Assembly: GCA_040954595.2 (NCBI GenBank) | Contig: CM082589.2 | Span: 9,312,894-9,376,893 of the forward strand | DNA from: Balanoglossus misakiensis | Taxonomy: Eukaryota > Animalia > Hemichordata | DNA: 64,000 nucleotides | Direction: 5' to 3' | Shown here: in pieces, positions 62,951 through 64,000 of the stretch | Position numbering within the stretch: the first letter of the stretch is position 1 | Layout: each line of letters begins with the position of its first letter | Notes under the pieces: generated by a model | Databases searched by the model: none | Told to the model about the DNA's origin: nothing | Seen by the model: only the letters and a program-made list of their open reading frames with translations | Position numbers and translations under genes: made by a program

Positions 62951-64000
62951 CTGCGCCTCACAACAGAATTCGGTAAATAAACGAGGCTGTTTGGAAGCAA
63001 CCAAGGAAATGTTAGAACTATCCGTCGATCTACAGAGTCTGGTGGAAAACGTTCTTATGCGCATAGGCCTATAATGTGTTCTGCGCCTCACAACTATATT
63101 CGGAAATAAACGAGGGTGTTTGGAAGCAACCATGGAAATTTTAGAACTATCTCTCGATCTACAGAGTCTATAGTGGAAAACTTTCTTATGCACATATGCC
63201 TATATATGTGTTCTGTGCCTCAAAACAGAATTCCGTAAATAAACGAGGCTGTTTGGAAGCAACTATGGAAATTTTAGAACTACATGTATCCGTCGATCTA
63301 CAGAGTCTGGTGGAAAACTTTCTTATGCGCATAGGCCTATCACGTGTTCTGCGCCTCACTACAGAATTCGGTAAATAAACGAGGCTGTTTGGAAGCAACT
63401 ATGGAAATTTTAGAACTATCCGTTGATCTACAGAGTCTAGTGGAAAAATTTCTTATGCGCATAGGCCTATCATGTGTTCTGCGCCTCACAACAGAAATCG
63501 GTAAATAAACGAGGATGTTTGGAAGCAACCATGGAAATTTTAGAATTATCCGTCGATCTACGGAGTCTAGTGGAAAACTTTCTTATGCGCATAGGCCTAT
63601 CTATGTGTTCTGCGCCTCACAACAGAATTCGGTAAATAAACGAGGCTGTTTGGAAGCAACCATGGAAATTTTAGAACTATCCGTCGATCTACAGAGTCTA
63701 GTGGAAAACTTTCTTATGCGCATAGGCCTATCTATGTGTTCTGCGCCTCACAACAGAATTCGGTAAATAAACGAGGCTGTTTGGAAGCAACCATGGAAAT
63801 TTTAGAACTATCCGTCGATCTACGGAGTCTAGTGGAAAACTTTCTTATGCGCATAGGCCTATCTATGTGTTCTGCGCCTCACAACAGAATTCGGAAATAA
63901 ACGAGGCTGTTTGGAAGCAACCATGGACATTTTAGAACTATCTCTCGATCTACAGAGTCTAGTGGAAAACTTTCTCATGCGCATAGGCCTATTACGTGTT

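Larger units (their letters stand above)
56877..64000. repeat. ~131-bp satellite array with higher-order structure, running off the right edge
   Basis: Monomer ATCTATGTGTTCTGCGCCTCACAACAG...CTTATGCGCATAGGCCT with period 131 (e.g. 60221 to 60352). Confidence 0.97.

Noticed and set aside
56877-64000. CRISPR-like array, or protein-coding ORFs in the 131-bp repeats
   Set aside because: Monomers are contiguous with no unique spacers and there are no cas genes. The ORFs are translations of satellite in shifting frames.

Overview
Eukaryotic, transposon-saturated DNA, most likely from a marine invertebrate (inferred from the TE repertoire and GT-AG introns). No ordinary host gene was found. In order, the window holds: a LINE ORF1 5' fragment; a 2.4-kb gag-only Ngaro/PAT-like element with split direct repeats; Helentron-type non-autonomous elements (HINEs); a Kolobok-like element; a decayed pogo-type transposase; a ~0.5-0.6 kb tandem array carrying a solo LTR and a second copy of the same Gypsy family; and a giant (>27 kb) Helentron/Helitron2 inserted into that Gypsy's integrase tail. 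The giant element carries an OTU-Rep gene on + and, head-to-head on -, a hand-assembled nine-exon RPA-like ssDNA-binding gene spanning 18 kb. Its introns hold further insertions, including a complete Gmr1-type Gypsy inside a MITE. After it come a DIRS gag fragment, an intron-containing AcademHP-like transposase pseudogene with two PHD fingers, and a ~131-bp satellite carrying three copies of a captured Gypsy protease fragment. All family calls come from motif recognition by eye; no database searches were run.
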